Part shown: piece after piece, positions 44,001 to 55,600 of the stretch
How the letters are laid out: each line of letters begins with the position of its first letter
How positions within the stretch are numbered: position 1 is the stretch's first letter
NCBI GenBank assembly: GCA_965112155.1
Contig: OZ218110.1
From: Podarcis liolepis
Lineage: Eukaryota
Length of the DNA stretch: 64,000 nucleotides
Reading direction: 5' to 3' (one strand)
The notes under the pieces: model-generated
The model's database searches: none
Seen by the model: only the letters and a program-made list of their open reading frames with translations
Told to the model about the DNA's origin: nothing
Translations under genes and position numbers: made by a program

Positions 44001-47000
44001 AGTTTCTCTGGTACACTCTCACCACTTTGCTCCTCTGACTGCTGATCCTCTCCCACAAGGAAGATCCTGACAAACAGAGAGGGGATGTGGGAAAAGCTGC
44101 TCCCTCAATATACCTATAAAGTCTTGAATGACTCCAGGCCTAATGCAATCAGCAGGGACGCGGGTGGCGCTGTGGGTTAAACCACAGAGCCTAGGACTTG
44201 CTGATCAGAAGGTCAGTGGTTCGAATCCCCCGACGGGGTGAGCTCCCGTTGTTCGGTCCCTGCTCCTGCCAACCTAGCAGTACGAAAGCACGTCCAAGTG
44301 CAAGTAGATAAATAGGTACCGCTCCGGTGGGAAGGTAAACGACATTTCTGTGCGCTGCTCTGGTTCGCCAGAAGTGGCTTAGTCATGCTGGCCACATGAC
44401 CCGGAAGCTGTACGCCGGCTCCCTCGGCCAATAAAGCGAGATGAGCGCCGCAACCCCAGAGTCGGCCACGACTGGTCCTAATGGTCAGGGGTCCCTTTAC
44501 CTTTACCTAATGCAATCAGCAGTATCTTGGCTTCTTCCACATTTGCAGTCAACATAGTATGTGCATTGTGGGAAGCTGGCAGAGGGAGTGAAGAGACTAA
44601 AGAAAAAAAGTGGGAGATTCAGCTGCCGCTCACCGTCAGTGCTCTCCAGATCAGAGTCGAAGAAAGGCTCATATTCCTGGCTTGGAGAATCCTCGTCCAT
44701 CACAAACAAACCTGGAAGTGAATTAAAAACAAAACAGAATTAGATCTCGCTGAGTTGTATGCACAGGGATCCCCTATTTGAACATGAGAAGTAGCCGTTC
44801 TGCGACTGCTTATCAAGCGATCAACACAGTCACATCCGGAGGAACCCCCCCCCCCCAATTATACTGGAATCCCTCACTCACTAGTTAGGTACAGCTATAT
44901 TTTGCTTCAACTGAGAGATGCAAGTGGCAACTGTAAGCAAAGCGTCTTCCCCTTCCTGTGGCAACTTTAAAAACTAAGAAGAACCCATTTGATCAGGTCA
45001 ATGGCTCCTCTAACCAAGCATTCTGCTCCCAAGAGTGGCCAACCAGATGTCTTGTGGGAAACCTACAAGCACAGGAGAAGACTCCCACATGGTGGTTTCC
45101 AGCAACTGGTTTTCAGAGGCATTATTATGTCCAGCTGTGGAGGCAGAGAATAGACAGTATGGATCATAGCCATTGAGAGCCCTCTCCTCCAGGAATTTGT
45201 ACAATCCTCTTTTATGTTTTTCCTTTTTTTATTAAATGTTACAAAAAAATGAATAGAAAAAAGAAATAGAAACAATACATAACCATACATAAAAACATTC
45301 TGTCTACACAATTTTCCAGAATGCAGACTAGAAGACAAAAGATAAAAGAAAGAAACAAGAAAAAGAATGAAGAGAAAAAATATTTTTCATAATCAATTAT
45401 TCCAAATTCATACTTCAAACATCACAATATTTAAATCCTAGTTAAAATATTATAAAAGACTTCCACCGCATTCACCACACATCTCTTGGTTATCTAATTC
45501 ACCTTTACATCTGTTCTTCAGTCACTTCCTTTCCTTATAAATTCTTTCGTAATCCATCTAATCTTTGTATTCTCAGTATTCTTCACAAGGTTAGTCTAAG
45601 CACAATCAAACTTTCTCCTGGGAGCATCCCATTCGTCTCCCAGGCTCCCACCCTGGGAGATCTTCCCTTCCCTGTCTCTCACGCAGGGTCTTTTTCTGTT
45701 TTCAAACCACCACTCCCACTAAAGTGGTCAATTCCGCAAGTTCTATCACCATAAACACCACTTTGAAACACTTTTGTTTCTAGGTTGTGAGCTTGGGGCT
45801 ATATTGAAACTCTTTAGGGGACAGATTTAAAGAGTTGAAAATTATACTTTCAAGTATTGCTAAAATGGTGAAGAGCTCCTCTCCCCTTTGGGAAGGCAAG
45901 GGTGGTGATGTGCTGTGTGCCTGGATATGGATTCTGATCTGGAAAAAAGCATTATCTAAAGTTGAGTTTCTGAGAAAGGGGCATCTCCTATTCAGGTGGT
46001 GAAAGCAGCACCCTACAAATACGTGTAGAGCTTGAGACCCAACTACTGCGTGCTAGGTGTCAGGAAACATCCAACAGGAGTGAAGAAAGAATTACTTTGG
46101 AAGAAGCAGATTCAATGAGAAAGCCATACCAAAATTTCAGCTCATTATCTCGGTTTATTATTAAAAAATTCCTTCCAGTAGCACCTTAAAGACCAACTAA
46201 GTTAGTTCTTGGTATGAGCTTTCGTGTGCATGCACACTTCTTCAGATACCAGCACTTTAAAGACCAACTAAGTTAGTTCTTGGTATGAGCTTTCATGTGC
46301 ATGCACACGAAAGCTCATACCAAGAACTAACTTAGTTGGTCTTTAAGGTATCGGTTTATTATGTGTGCTCTGAACAAGACTAGTTCATCCTGACCAGAAC
46401 AGGCAAAATACACAGGATTTTGCAGTGAAGAAAGGAACACCAAGTTTCTAGGAGTTAAAGGCACACTTTCAGCCGTTTTCCACAAAAGGAAATCTTGATA
46501 TTGCTACGGACAAACCTCAGGCATGGAACAAACCCTTGTTAAGGGTGAAATAATAATAATAATAACTTTAAACCAAGCATTATCCTATGCAGACTGATTC
46601 AGCTGAGCATTAGTGCTGCAAAGCCTGCCTTCCTGAATTGAAAGAGGTCTGGTGGTTTCCTCTGGAGACACAGCCACAGCAGAAAATGCTCCAGGCTACT
46701 TGAGAAGGGACAGTCCTAGCAGCAGCTCCTGGGAGGCAGGAATAACATAGGACACATTCACACCATTCACACCTAACATCAATACTGAAGGGAGCTTAAA
46801 GGTAACAACTGAAAGTTGTTAAGAAACCCCTCCTCTTCTCACAGACCTACAATTCAGAGTTCCCTGAGAAGAGGGATTGATTTTTAAATCACGAAGATTT
46901 TTAAACTCTGGGGGAGGAGTAGGATCTCACAACAACTTTCATCACCCTTAACAAACTACAGCTCCCAGAATTCTTTGGGGAAAGCCACAACTGTTTCAAT

Positions 47001-47693
47001 GGTATCACTGTGATTTAAATGTATGGTGTGAATGTTGCTTTAATGAATTTACTTCTGGCTGCTATGACTTTCTGCTTTATTTGTTAAGATGTTGCCTATC
47101 ACTCCCCATTTTTAGTGATTATACAGCATTTCAATGATGCTACTAACAGCCACTGTAAGCATTTTAAGGAAAGCCGAGCTAAATATATTTTTTCCACAAA
47201 CAAACCACCGACTGCACATAGACGTACCAGTGGTGTCACTGGGATGCTCTCTCCCACCTGGCTGCTCCAATTCTGTCAATGTATTCCTGTCTCCTTCATC
47301 GTCTTCCTCTTCAGGCTCCTGGCCTCCAGAAGCCTGGGGCAAGGGCCCCTGGGGGGTAGGTGTCCTGTGTGGGGCAGGCTCATCTGAGGCATTGGTAGAG
47401 GGGCAGCTCCTGGAGTAAGACCCATTGGTGGGACCTGGGCGGGGGGCAGAAGGAGGACGGGCAGCATAGGTAAAGGCGGTGGTCTTGTGAACCACCGCGA
47501 TATCTTCGAGGTAGCGTTGAACGGCATCAGCTAGAGCCCCACTTCCGTGCTGTGCGTAGCTGAAGCCACCAGGGGGTGGGGCCCTGAAGGCGGTGAGCAG
47601 CACTATCTCATTGCCTGTCTGACGCCGGTACTGTTCTGCTGCAGCAACCAGGGCCGCCCAGCTCTCCTTGTGGTTATCCGCCATGTTCGTCAT
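41052..47693 (-). CDS. AKT1S1: Proline-rich AKT1 substrate 1 (PRAS40), about 278 aa
   Basis: Exons 47693-47228 ([27 protein letters not shown]...), 44711-44634 (TOS motif FVMDE), 42739-42591 ([16 protein letters not shown]), 41195-41052 ([17 protein letters not shown]...[16 protein letters not shown], Akt site RPRLNT). Non-coding exon donor CAG|GTAATG at 48415/48414. The start could instead be the second ATG at 47684. Confidence 0.95.
41324..41491. mobile_element. hAT-type MITE with internal GGGTTAGGG repeats
   Basis: TIRs CAGTGGCGTAGCGTGGG / CCCACGCTATGCCACTG; perfect 8-bp TSD CCTAGAAG (41316-41323, 41492-41499). Confidence 0.88.
44155..44505 (+). mobile_element. Sauria-type SINE, full length, in an AKT1S1 intron
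   Basis: GGGACGCGGGTGGCGCTGTGGGTTAAACC...GGTTCGAATCCC...CCCTTTACCTTTACC. Flanked by direct repeat CCTAATGCAATCAGCAG (44139-44155 and 44506-44522). Highly similar to the copy at 20840. Confidence 0.92.
46162..46350. mobile_element. Penelope-like element terminal fragment with tandem and inverted copies
   Basis: Unit AGCACCTTAAAGACCAACTAAGTTAGTTCTTGGTATGAGCTTTCGTGTGCATGCACAC occurs twice directly and once inverted; flanked by direct repeat TCGGTTTATTAT. The family assignment is from recalled lizard Penelope termini. Confidence 0.65.
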
Positions 47694-48414
47694 CCTACAG
47701 GCAAATAAAAAAGAGAAGGGGTACACACGTTAATGTTATGGAAATAGCAGCTGGGCAAACGTTAAGGGTTGACTGAAATATTAAACGTTGAAATGTTGAC
47801 AGAAATATTAAATTGGCTTAATATGGATGAAACAGTACTTGAGAGGCAACCCAACAACCTTTCCTTTTGACCACACGCATGGACCGTATTCGAAGAGAAT
47901 TGCATGTAATGCCTCTTCTAAAGCAGCACCTGCCACCCACTATTTCTGTAAGCATTTGTATCGAAACAAGAATCATTCTTATTAAAGATAACTGCTCCCT
48001 AATCTATCAGGGGCAAACTTTTGCAATTGGGAAGGAAGGCAAACTAGCACATTTAAGCAGGAAGGGTCAAGAAGCAACGTCTCCAGGGTCCCCAGAAAAG
48101 GGCAGGTAGGAAAGGCTACCCCTACCCAGACCCCGGGGTTCTCTTTTTTTGGGGGGGGGGTAGTAGACAGTGGGGTCCTTTTTAACGGGTCGCAGTGAGG
48201 GATGGAAACAGGGAGCCCGGACTCCTGGGTTCTGCTCCAGCAATACGGCAAAACGCACGTTCATCCCTTTGAGGGCGGGGGCGGCAGATCACAATATCTC
48301 CAGACAAACAACGCTAACGGGGGGGGGGGGAGGAAGAAGGGGGGCAGAAACAAACACCTTCCCCCTCCCCTTCCAAGAAGGGCTCCAGAGGGAGGGGGGA
48401 AAGGGTTGCATTAC

Positions 48415-49681
48415 CTGCCAGCGCCTCTCAGTTCTTCCTCCGCCGAAGCCTCCCCACCCCCCTCGGGGGCCACCACTCGGAACCCTGACCTCTCACCTTT
48501 GACCCTCCCCAAGACACTTATGGGCCCCCCTCCTCCTCCAAACAACAACCGCCTCCTCCTCCCCCCGGAGGCCCCGCCCACTCTCTCTGCCCTCACAAGG
48601 CATGAGAGAGGCGCCCGCACGTTTCCCGTTACGAAGATGGCAGAGCTAAAAGAGCGCAGCGCCCCCTCCCTCCCTTTTAAGGGCCTGAGGGGTTTTTCAT
48701 GCCCGATTCAAAGATGGAGGCCGGAGAGCGAGGGGCTGGCCCCGCCCGGGGCTACGGAAGGCGCCTTCTCCTCAGGCAGTCCCTGCCGCGCTCGGGGGGG
48801 GGAGGGGGTTGCTCTCAGGTAAGCGCGCGCAGGGCAAGGCCGCAGCTGAGAGCGCCCTTCTTAAAAGTGGACCGGGGGCTTCGAGGCGCTCCGTGCAAGG
48901 ATGGAGGAGGAAGAGGAGGCTCGGTGCTGCCCCCTTGCGAAAACGGCGCTGCCATTTAACTTCACTCAGGCCTGAACGGCCATTAATAACGGGAAAGCCG
49001 CCCATCCTTTTTTTCTTGGGCGCTTTTCAGCTTGGTGCCTTCGGGACAGAAGCTACACTTCGCGCGGGCAGATTCCGTACGCGGAGCACTTCCGGTTTAG
49101 TCCGGAAGTGGGTGAACCATTGCGAACAGTGTGCGTCGCTCTATCCTTTTCCTATCTCTACGCGTAAATGGCGTTCGCCTCCTCGATAAAGGCGACGGTA
49201 GGGAGCGGTTGCCCCTCCCGCTGTAGTCCTTTGCCCTATATAAAGATGGCGGGTGCGTCCACTTTCCTCTCCCCTCCCTCCTTGTCATTGATACGCTGTG
49301 GCGTTAATTGTTTTTTTCTGATTGCGGTTCGGTTATAAAGTGTTCACACCCCGTATTTAAGCATAAAAGCACATTTCTTTTTGGCCTGCCTGAACGCATG
49401 AGCTTTCCTTCCCGTCAGTGTTTGCGGTATAATCTGATTGGTGCACTTTGCCCACAGACGGGAAAGATCGCAAAGCCGCGGCTCTCGGCGACCTTGCCCT
49501 CTACCAAGATGGCGGCAGAAGCGTCCGCGGACGTGGCGCCCGTAAGCGTTCCTTGCTGAGGCGCTTTCTGCCAGAAACAAGGATGGCGGCCGTGGTGGGT
49601 GGGAAGCGGCCTAACGAAGAGGGTGGAGCAAATGGAGCAGGAAATGACGGTTTGTTTTTCCGGAAGTGGCTGTCAGGGAGA
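48415..49681. promoter_or_regulatory. AKT1S1/TBC1D17 bidirectional CpG-island promoter
   Basis: CpG-rich; inverted ETS pair CACTTCCGG (49087-49095) / CCGGAAGTG (49102-49110), another CCGGAAGTG near 49660; YY1-type AAGATGGC near 48634, 49243 and 49506; ATTGG near 49437. The head-to-head arrangement is as recalled for human. Confidence 0.8.
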
Positions 49682-52600
49682 ATGGAGTTAGGGGGCTGCA
49701 GGGTGAGGGAGGCCTTCCCCGCAGTGGGGCAGGGCTGGCCAGGCTCCTCGGAGAAGGGGAGGCTTGGGGGAGGGTTGGGTTTCCCCTCTCTCGGAGAGCT
49801 CACATTTGTCCCCCAGGAGCGGAGCGGGAGGGTCTCTTTCCTCCTCTTGAGCGCAGTGGGAGGTTGGTAGAGCGGCTCTCTCGTCCCCTCAGCTGGATAA
49901 TTAGTGGGGAGAAGCGGAATCTTGACCCCCTTCCTGGGTGGAAGTTCCTAAAAGGCCCTTGCTCTGAGTTGTCTTTATAAAGTCGCCCTTCCTCTTAATT
50001 TAGTGTTACTGAGGGGGCCATAAAGTATGTTCCAGCTGCCTTAGTTTGAGGCAGGGCTTCCCTTCCCCATCTGCATTCTACAGAGGTGGGCGGGGGATGC
50101 CAGTGAACCTGCTTCTTGTACTGACCTCCTGTTTTTTTCCTGTCCTCCTTCAGGTTGCATTTGAGAAGGATGGTGTCTATTTACACACCAGCGCAAAGCG
50201 TCATCCTGACCAGGACTCCCTGATTCCAGGGGTTATCCGCATAATCGAGAAGGTTGGTTGAGGTGGGATACAGGTTGGGGTTGGAAAAGGGATGAGGGAA
50301 GGGTTTTTGCACCCAAGATAGGAAAAAGGTCAGTGCATGTGGTGTGGGGTGGTAGAATTTGGTTGGTATAGATTTCAGCATTCTGAGTACCTCGGGCTTT
50401 GATTTTAAAGAGTGTTCCTAGCACTTGTGATTTCAGAAGTAGGCTTGAAAAACTGTAAGCTGTGCCTGGTGACAATGTGAAAAGGTGTAGGCAGTACCTG
50501 GTGACATCTTGGAATATAGAGTGGGTGTAGGCTTGAACAGATTTTCCACTAATTGGGGATGAGTCACTTTCGTAGGAGAAGGAAGAGGTATACAGAGGTG
50601 GCAATCCTTAGTGCTCAACATAGTTTCTTATTCTTCCCTGAGGCTTGGAGAATCAGCAATGCTATTTGACTTTCCTTAAACTTATATCATCTAGGTGATC
50701 AAATTCAGATTACTTTGTTACAGCATCTGGATTGTTTTAGTAAAGTGTGTGTACACAGTTATGGATATCTTTTTTATGACTCTCTCATGAGACTGTCTTT
50801 CTCCATTTATTCAGGGCTCGGATACTTTGCTACAATGGACACCCATAGAAGAGTCATCAGATGCTGCTCAGATCACATATACCAAGAAGGTGAGGCCCTC
50901 TTTCTTGCTGGTATAAACTTCTACTGATATATTAAATCTTCATCGCATTGTGTTCTAATAACTTAAGTAATAAAACACTGTCTAAATAAAACATTATTTA
51001 GACTAGTGATTCATTAATTTTTTTTTGCCTGTATTGGGAACTGGTGTTTTAGTTTCCTTGTTCTTTTCATATCGCATTGCCATAACAGATTTTTTAATTG
51101 GTTTCTGGGGGAAAGAGCTGTAGGACTGTGGAGCAGCTGATGAGACGTCCCCACCATTTGAGTTGGTGTAGTTAGATAGTTGTTCTGGGCTTCATTCCCA
51201 TTGACCAGGACACAAAGCTGCAAATGTTATTCAGGAATGTGCCTTTACTGCTTTATGATTTGCACCCAGAGGTCTATTCCCTGCTTTCTCCACCTCACCC
51301 CCTCTCTAGGAGGATCGTGGAGAATGAAGTGATGAGGATATGCCAGTTCTCTGCTGTTCTATTTTCTAGAAAGGATGCCATCTTTTCCTCCTGTTGATCA
51401 GAGCCTGGAAATGGTAGAACAGAAAAAGTATCCTGTGATAAAGTTAAACCAGCAGAAATGTTGGACATTTGAAACTGCTTTATATTGAGTCAAACAACTG
51501 GCTCAGGGCTGCCCACTACAATTGGCGGTGTCTCTCCAAAGCATCAGACGGAGATCTTTCTCAGTCCTCCTGCACTAGATCTCTTTAATTGGAAATGCCA
51601 GGGACTGAGACTTTCTATAGGCAAAGTATTACTGATTCTTATGTTTTAAGACAGGAACACCCTAAGGAAGTGTTTATATCTTTAGATGCTCATTTATGGT
51701 TTTGTTCAGGATGGGGAATGATCTTCTATACTGTTTCCCATTCTCTTTACATATAACAGTGCATGATTATTTTTCCTAACAAGGAGGACTGTGTTTAGCA
51801 AATCCTGTGAGTTCTCCTTTATTTCTCATCCTAGGAAGTAGCCCCTCCATTGTGATGCAGAAAGGGAGCAGGGCAATTTCAGGTCTGTTAATGTTCATAA
51901 AGACAGGGGTGTACTTCTGTTTAAAGAGGAGTCTGTACTTCCACACCTTCCACGCTCAAATTCCTCTCAGTGAGACCAAGAGTTCAAAGTGTATTCCATT
52001 GAATTCATAATTTGTGTGAGCACCTCCTTGAAGATCATGATGAAATATAAGGATTTGAGTAGCTTCTGAAAGCCCTGATCTCTCTTTCCATTTTCTAGGA
52101 CCCAGTGGGCTGCCAGACTGAAGAAGAAATCTTTGATCCGGGGTATGAACCGGACTGGGCTGTGATCAGTACAGTGGGGACCCGGACTCGGGCTCAAGAG
52201 GAAACAAATGGTAATCAAAAAGAGGACAGGGATGTTTGCCCCTTGGTATACTTAAGTGGCATGATACAGGGATTGCTGGTAAAGATGCAAAAAGGGATAC
52301 AGGATGGAGGTAGGGGAGAAGAGGTAGCCGGCAAATGTGGGATATTCTTTTCTGGTTCTCTTGACAATCATCCCTTTTATATTTGTGCTTGGCTTTCCCC
52401 TCTCCAGCAGCTTCCGGGCCCAAATCTCCAGTCCCACGTGGTCAGTGGGCCTTCTCCCTCAGCTTGTCTGAGCTGAAATCCATCCGCAAGAGCAAGCCAG
52501 GTTTGGGCTGGTCATACCTCATCTTCATCACCAAAGACGGCATCTCCATTCAAGCCCTGCACTTCCACCGTGGAGGCACCAAAGCCCTGCTCAAGGCCCT

Positions 52601-55600
52601 CTGCAAATACGTTATCTTAGCCACGTGAGTGAGGGTGGTGCCGGGTACCTTATTTGTTCAAAAGATAAAGAAGTAAAGAGAAAGCTCTTAAGTCAGATGT
52701 GGAAGGCGCTGCCCGACTAGCCTTCGACTTCTGGGCTATATTACTCAGGACTGAGGCAGTCAGTTTGCATGAACTTGGAGGCAGGGAGCACTTTCCCCAG
52801 CACTGCAAATTAAAGAAGAAAAATAATATATACAATATTCAGTTCTGAACTGAGAACACCATCACAGTAAATTAGTTGGACTCAGACTGGCGTAAAATGT
52901 TTTCACAATTACTTTTTAAAAGCAACAATGATGAGGCCATCCTTAGGGAGGGGATGTGATAGGTGTAGTGCCATCACTGAAAAGGCCCTGCCCATGGTGC
53001 TCATTCACTCATGGACCTGAAAGGAGGGCCTCTGATTTCGCTAATTTTGCAGCTTGTCCAGTTGCCAGTGGCCCTTCAGATAACCTAACAGTGTCTGGAA
53101 GGCAATAAACTCACTCTGGTTTCTCTTCTCGCCTTGCAGCTCCCCCAAAGATTCCCGCCTCTACTTGGTTTACACACATGATTCGTACGCCCTCTCCCAC
53201 TCCTTCGATGAGCTTCAACTCTTCGATGACAGCTCTTCCAACCTTGTGTCGGTGAGGCCCTTCTCCAAAATGCCCTGCAACTGCGACTTAAGTTCTAGTT
53301 CAGTGGTTCCCAATTAGCAAAGTACTGCAGACCCTGTTTTTTTGAAAAGCCAAGTCATGCAACCCCCTACTTCTGAAAATGTTGATATCTCTGTGGTAGT
53401 TTTGTTATGTGAATGGCACCACCATACGCTCCAACATGTCCCAGCGCAAAAACGGAGACGCGTGTCTTCCAGGCCATGCTCCTGCATGAGTCATGTGACC
53501 TGTATGAGAGCACAGCTCCCCAAAACAGGATGGATATGTGCCATGGACTTCCTGGTTGGGGGTCCACAGACCACTAATTGGGAACCACTGTTCTAGAGGA
53601 TTAGAATGCAGAGAGGGTGTGTTTGTGTGGCCTGGTTCTGTGGGAGAAATCTAAAGACTTGTGGCAGTGGGATTATGTGGGAAGGGACAAAAGCTATAAA
53701 CAGGGAGACTTGTCTGTTGTAGGTGCTGACACTGGTTAGAGCAGGGAGTTATGGGAACATGGGTTCCTGGGTTTCCTTGAATGAATTATATTAGAACAAG
53801 TTACAGGTAGGTAGCTGTGTTGGTCTGCCGTAGTTGAAACAAAATAAAAAAAGTCTTCCAGTAGTACTTTAGAGACCAACTAAGTTAGTTATTGGTATGA
53901 GTTTTTGTGTGCATGCACACTTCTTCAGATACACTGAAACAGAAGTCACCAGACTCTTATATATAGTGAGAGAGTGGGGAGGGGTTTTACTCAGAAGGGT
54001 GGTGGGAATGGGTGATTGGCTGATAGGTGTGGTAAACCTGTTGACGACTGTTAACGACCGCAATTGGTCTTACAGGAAAAAGCAAGGGGTGAGATGGCTA
54101 AAAATAGCTTTATCATGTATAAAGAGATAAGAATCCAATGTCTCTATTCAGACCAGGTCTCTCCATGGTTTTAAGTTTGGTAATATATATATTACCTAAA
54201 AAGGCAGTGATGGTAAAAAGTTGGGGGGGGGTTGTATCTGGAATATTGATTATTGATGCAGAGCTGAGAAACCCCAATTGAATCTTAATTCAGCAAGGCT
54301 AGAATTGGGCAGCAAGCCAAAGGTGACATGTGGCTTCTTCTTTTTTAAGCCACCTTCTCTTTCCCTAGCGGTTCCTGCAGGATCCTTATGCTGCCACGTT
54401 CGGTGGCTTCTCCAAAGTCACAAACTTCTTCCGTGGGGCTCTGCACCATGAGGACGGCGTTATCCAGCATTCCCATGGCGACCCAGCTGCTGCCAACGTT
54501 GAGGATGAGACAGGCTTTGAAGTTATCACCTGTGTGAGTGTTGGAACAGGTAGCTCCACTGTGGGGCGGTGGAGGGGGAGAGGAATGGCACCCAGTGTTT
54601 TGTATGCTTCTCTGTAGGCCAAGATAATCTTTGGCCATCTTCTTTTACTCCCAGCCACCCACTCACACCTACTGCCTTATGATTGCACCAGAGGTGACTA
54701 TTTGGGAGTGGTTGTGGGGGAAGTATGAGCAAGGAAATGGGGGTGAATGCCAGAGAGATGTAAGGGTGGACATGAGTCCCTGTGCAAGAAAACCCTTTCC
54801 ATCGAGCGAGGACCAAGCAATCCATTCACACAAAGGCCTAAGGAGATTTGCGTCATGCTCACCCCAAACCCACCACCATCACACCACAACATTACAAGGC
54901 AGGCATGGTGGTTGAAGCAGTTAGCCTCGTCTAAATGGTTTGTGCTGGGTTTGTGAATGGGGCGAGGCCTCTGTTGACCTCATTCTTCCTTGGAGCAGAA
55001 TCCAGGGCCTTGAGCTTCCATGAATATACATGTGACTGACAAGGTAATTCCTGAGGGCTAGAGAACCATGACTGTGGCTTCAAAAATGCTCTGATAACAA
55101 CCCGTGTGTTCTTGGAACCCTCATGTTCTGCAGAAACTTACTGGGGAATCTAAGGCAAGAGGATCAGTAAGAGTGGGCAAACTTGTAAAAGTAAACTTTC
55201 CACTGTTACTGATCTTCCTCCACAGCATGCACCAATCTGAAATGCTTTCTGCTTGTCTTCTAGACCAGTTCTTCCCAATTAGCTAAGTGCTGTGGACACC
55301 CTGCTTTTCAAAAGCCAAGCCATGGACCCCCACTTTTGAAAATTCTGATCTCTCTGCGGTAGTTTTTGTTGTGTTACAGTAGTTTTATTATGTGCCATGG
55401 ACCCCCTGGGTAGGTTTTGCAGACTCCCTGGGTTCCATGGATCCCACCATTTAGGAACCACTGGTCTAGATCCAAACATAGACAGGCACCCTAGAAAGTT
55501 TCTTCCAATCCTTCCAACGGTACAGGGATTTTTCAGCAGGCATGCGTCAACATAAAAGAGAGGTCCCCTCCTCCTCGCTTCTCACCCCTTTATTGTCTCC

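Noticed and set aside
47112-47726. 204-aa ORF treated as a single-exon gene
   Set aside because: It is the AKT1S1 first coding exon (47693-47228) plus read-through into flanking introns.
48202-49189. 206-aa and 126-aa ORFs between AKT1S1 and TBC1D17
   Set aside because: GC-rich promoter/5'UTR artefacts with Pro/Gly/Arg-biased translations.
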